From the NCBI GenBank assembly GCA_965248195.1, contig CBDFIQ010000002.1, forward strand, positions 2,688,001 through 2,752,000: DNA of 64,000 nt, read 5' to 3'. The position numbers and the translations under genes are program-made. The number at the start of each line of letters is the position of its first letter. Position 1 is the first letter of the stretch. Below the pieces are notes generated by a model. The model ran no database searches. It saw nothing but the letters and a program-made list of their open reading frames with translations, and was not told the DNA's origin. This DNA comes from Longimicrobiales bacterium. GTDB lineage: Bacteria; Gemmatimonadota; Gemmatimonadetes; Longimicrobiales; Gaopeijiaceae. Of the stretch, positions 61,313 through 64,000 are shown piece after piece.

Positions 61313-62467
61313 ATGTCATCGTCACGAGGTCTATTGTCCGTTTTGGTCGCCTGCACCCTCACCGTGCTGTCGGGGTGCGGAGTGGAAGGCGTTCCGTCCG
61401 CTTCGGCCATGTCCGTAGGCAATCCGATCACCGGCGAGGGTCTGGCAAACCCCGCTCCGACCGTGATGGCGGGTTGGGGCGACCTGCCCGCCGGCAGGGA
61501 GTGGGGATCAACCGCTGGCATCGACATCGACCCGAACGACGGGCACATCTGGGCGTACGAGCGTTGCGGCGCCAGTTCCTTCGGGCCGGGCTCTCTCAAC
61601 TGCGAGAACAATCTGGTCGACCCCATCTTCAAGTTCGACCGGAACACCGGCGAAGTTCTCGCCAACTTCGGAGCGGGGCTCTTTGTCACGCCACACGGCA
61701 TCCACGTGGGTAGCGACGGTAACGTTTGGGTGACCGACTTCGCGGGGAACGCCGAAGGAACCAAGGGCCATCAGGTCCACAAATTCAGCCCGACAGGCGA
61801 CCTGCTAATGTCACTCGGCATCGCGGGCCAGCCAGGGAGCGGGCCGGGCCAGCTGAACCAGCCCAACGACGTCGTCACCGGACCGGACGGGAGCATCTAC
61901 GTGAGTGACGGTCACAACGGCCAGGGCATGACCTCGAACCAGGCAATCGCCCAGGGACGAGAGGCGGGCTCGACGGGCCGCATCCTCAAGTACGCCGCGG
62001 ACGGCACGTTCATCAAGGAGTGGGGGCAAATCGGCACGCTGCACGGGGAGTTCCGCACGCCGCATGCGTTGGTGTTCGACTCCCAGGGTCGTCTGTGGGT
62101 CGCGGATCGCGGCAACCACCGCCTCGAGATCTTCGATCAGGACGGCAACTACCTCGAGTCCCGTTACAGCTTCGGGCGAATCAGCGGCATCTTCATTACC
62201 GAGGACGACATGGTCTACGCGATCGACTCCGAGTCGGGCCCGACCAATCATGTGAACTGGGTGAACGGGGTGCGCATCGCTCCGTTGAACGAAGACCGAA
62301 TCGTAGGCTACATCCCGGGCTTCCCCCACGACAGCCGGCCGTACCAAGGCGCGGCAGGTGAAGGCGTGGCGGTCGACGCGGACGGCAACGTCTACGCGGC
62401 GGAGGGCCCGAACTCGCTCTCGTGGGCCGGCGGCGGAGCGTTCACCAAGTACGTCGTAGGAATGTGA
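61313..62467 (+). CDS. NHL-repeat lipoprotein, paralog of 6323-7342
   Basis: LSGC lipobox; TPHGIHV, NQPNDVV and FRTPHAL. Confidence 0.88.
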   Translation: MSSSRGLLSVLVACTLTVLSGCGVEGVPSASAMSVGNPITGEGLANPAPTVMAGWGDLPAGREWGSTAGIDIDPNDGHIWAYERCGASSFGPGSLNCENNLVDPIFKFDRNTGEVLANFGAGLFVTPHGIHVGSDGNVWVTDFAGNAEGTKGHQVHKFSPTGDLLMSLGIAGQPGSGPGQLNQPNDVVTGPDGSIYVSDGHNGQGMTSNQAIAQGREAGSTGRILKYAADGTFIKEWGQIGTLHGEFRTPHALVFDSQGRLWVADRGNHRLEIFDQDGNYLESRYSFGRISGIFITEDDMVYAIDSESGPTNHVNWVNGVRIAPLNEDRIVGYIPGFPHDSRPYQGAAGEGVAVDADGNVYAAEGPNSLSWAGGGAFTKYVVGM

Positions 62468-62949
62468 GGTAACTGGGGCGACGGGCGCCACCCGAGCCAC
62501 ACGCTCGACGTGGCGCCCCGCTCTGCACGTCGGCGGCCTACGCGCACTCGTGGGCGCTGGAATCAGGGGAATTTCAGAGGGCAGCCCATCTCGAGGAAGT
62601 ACCGCGGGCTGGGGTGGCTCCGTCAGACGAACCCGTGACGGACTGCGCGCCGAACTGCCCTGACGGTGATTCCTCTACGCCACCCTGCTCACGCCCGAGC
62701 GCGAGCGGCCGCAGCCAGACGCAACCAGATGGGGTCAGACGCAAAAGGTCCCGTTCTTTTTTTCAGGAATGACGGGCAGATAGAGCCAGACGCAACTACA
62801 CGCAGAAGACTGGTGAGAACTCCAAAACCGGGGGTTGCAGGACTCTTTGCCCTCGCCTCTCGCTGCGCTCGAGGCATACGGGTCGAGTCCTGCTGTTTAC
62901 CACCGGATGTGGTTACGCGCCGATACGCGCTCGCGACCGACTGGCTGAG

Positions 62950-63538
62950 GCCGGGCTTGACCGCGATGCTCGAGACTCGAGGCGTGCTCTCCTCGGGTGA
63001 GCAGATCGACTACGCGATGGGTCAAACTCACGGCGAATACCGGGGCCTGGCGACGGTAGGACACGGCGGGAGCTTCGTGGGGTTCCGGGCCGACGTGCTT
63101 CGATTCCCATCTGAGCGTACGAGCATCATCACACTCTGCAATCGGGCCGACGGCAACCCCTCCTCGCGGGCTCGCGCGGTGGCCGACGTAGTCCTCGCCG
63201 ATCGACTTGGTCCACGCGCCACCGAAAGGGTGAGATCGGCCGGAAGCGGCGGTGATGCTCCGACGACCAGCCCCGTTTCGGACCCCTCTCCGTACATAGG
63301 GACTTACAACAGTCCCGAGCTGGACGTCGACTACGACTTCATGGAGATCGACGGTGCGCTGATCGTTCGCGGGGGCGCCGGCATCGATGATCAGGTCGTG
63401 GGTGTCGCCGGCGATACGCTGCGAGCGGGCTCCTTGACCTTCCGGTTCGTCCGCGTCGGCGGCCAAGTGACCGGCTTCGAACTCGACGCGGGACGAGTGG
63501 TGCACGTGCGCTTCGAGCGGATCATCGAGAGGCCCTGA
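62950..63538 (+). pseudogene. C-terminal fragment of a serine hydrolase
   Basis: GVLSSGEQIDYAMG...VGHGGSFVGFRA parallels the end of the 59043 gene; no SxxK upstream. Confidence 0.7.
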
Positions 63539-64000
63539 GTCTGCGCGGGAGCGTCCTCCACTTCCTGTCTTTCGCCCTCTGCTCTGAGGGTCCACCTCTG
63601 TTCACCCATCGGGGCTTCACCCACCAGCCGCCCATCTAGGTATGCGCTCGTCCCATTCGAGCATTGTGGATGCTCCAGGCGCACGCTTGCCCCCCAAGCC
63701 TGCGCCAGTCCTCATGTTGACCGCTTTGCTCCCGCCCCCCACCTTTTCCTGACCCGTCAAAGGGCTTTTGATTTACCTATCCTTATCTCTTTGATCTGCC
63801 GCATCTCTTTGATCTGCCGCCAACGGTGGCGTTGGCATTATCGTCGCCGTTGCCGTCACGGTCGGTGCCCGCATTGTGGGTGCAGATGTGGGCACTGCCC
63901 GTGTGGGGACGACGAGGACGGGGACGACGAGGACTAATGACCCTGGAGACCTGCGGATCATGATGGAGTTGGTAACCTGGTACCTCGAAACCGTCTCCGC

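Noticed and set aside
63785..63820. 18-bp duplication ATCTCTTTGATCTGCCGC
   Set aside because: Only two copies, in low-complexity sequence at the window edge; not interpretable.
1..64000. tRNA or rRNA genes, including at the att sites
   Set aside because: None recognised by eye; the att core lies in protein-coding sequence.

Overview
GC-rich bacterial chromosomal window, probably Gemmatimonadota (inferred from the HEAT + HD-GYP gene pair and MSDPITRLNAALEGRY-type kinase N-termini). Ordinary genes occupy 1-21 kb and 58-64 kb. Between them lies a ~36.9-kb integrative conjugative element (21141-58072) flanked by an 11-bp direct repeat (GCCCCTACGGC). It splits a lipoprotein endonuclease/exonuclease/phosphatase (EEP) gene in frame, so precise excision would restore a 409-aa ORF. 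The right half encodes a Cro-AlpA fusion, a VirB2-3-4-9-10-5-6-8 T4SS, VirD4, an IS-broken VirB11, ArdC, an excisionase-like HTH and a tyrosine integrase. I see no HUH relaxase; a winged-helix/PD-(D/E)XK (Replic_Relax/MOBC-like) protein is the candidate. The left half is decaying cargo: IS3/IS21/IS256 pieces, a relic of a sister element, resolvase, ParA-ParG and kinase stubs, intact NfeD-flotillin genes, and 30 perfect copies of a 15-bp RBS+ATG unit in frame with a DUF169 gene. Five near-identical IS256 copies all lie inside the element. Several homopolymer frameshifts may be sequencing errors. All family calls come from motif recognition, not database searches.
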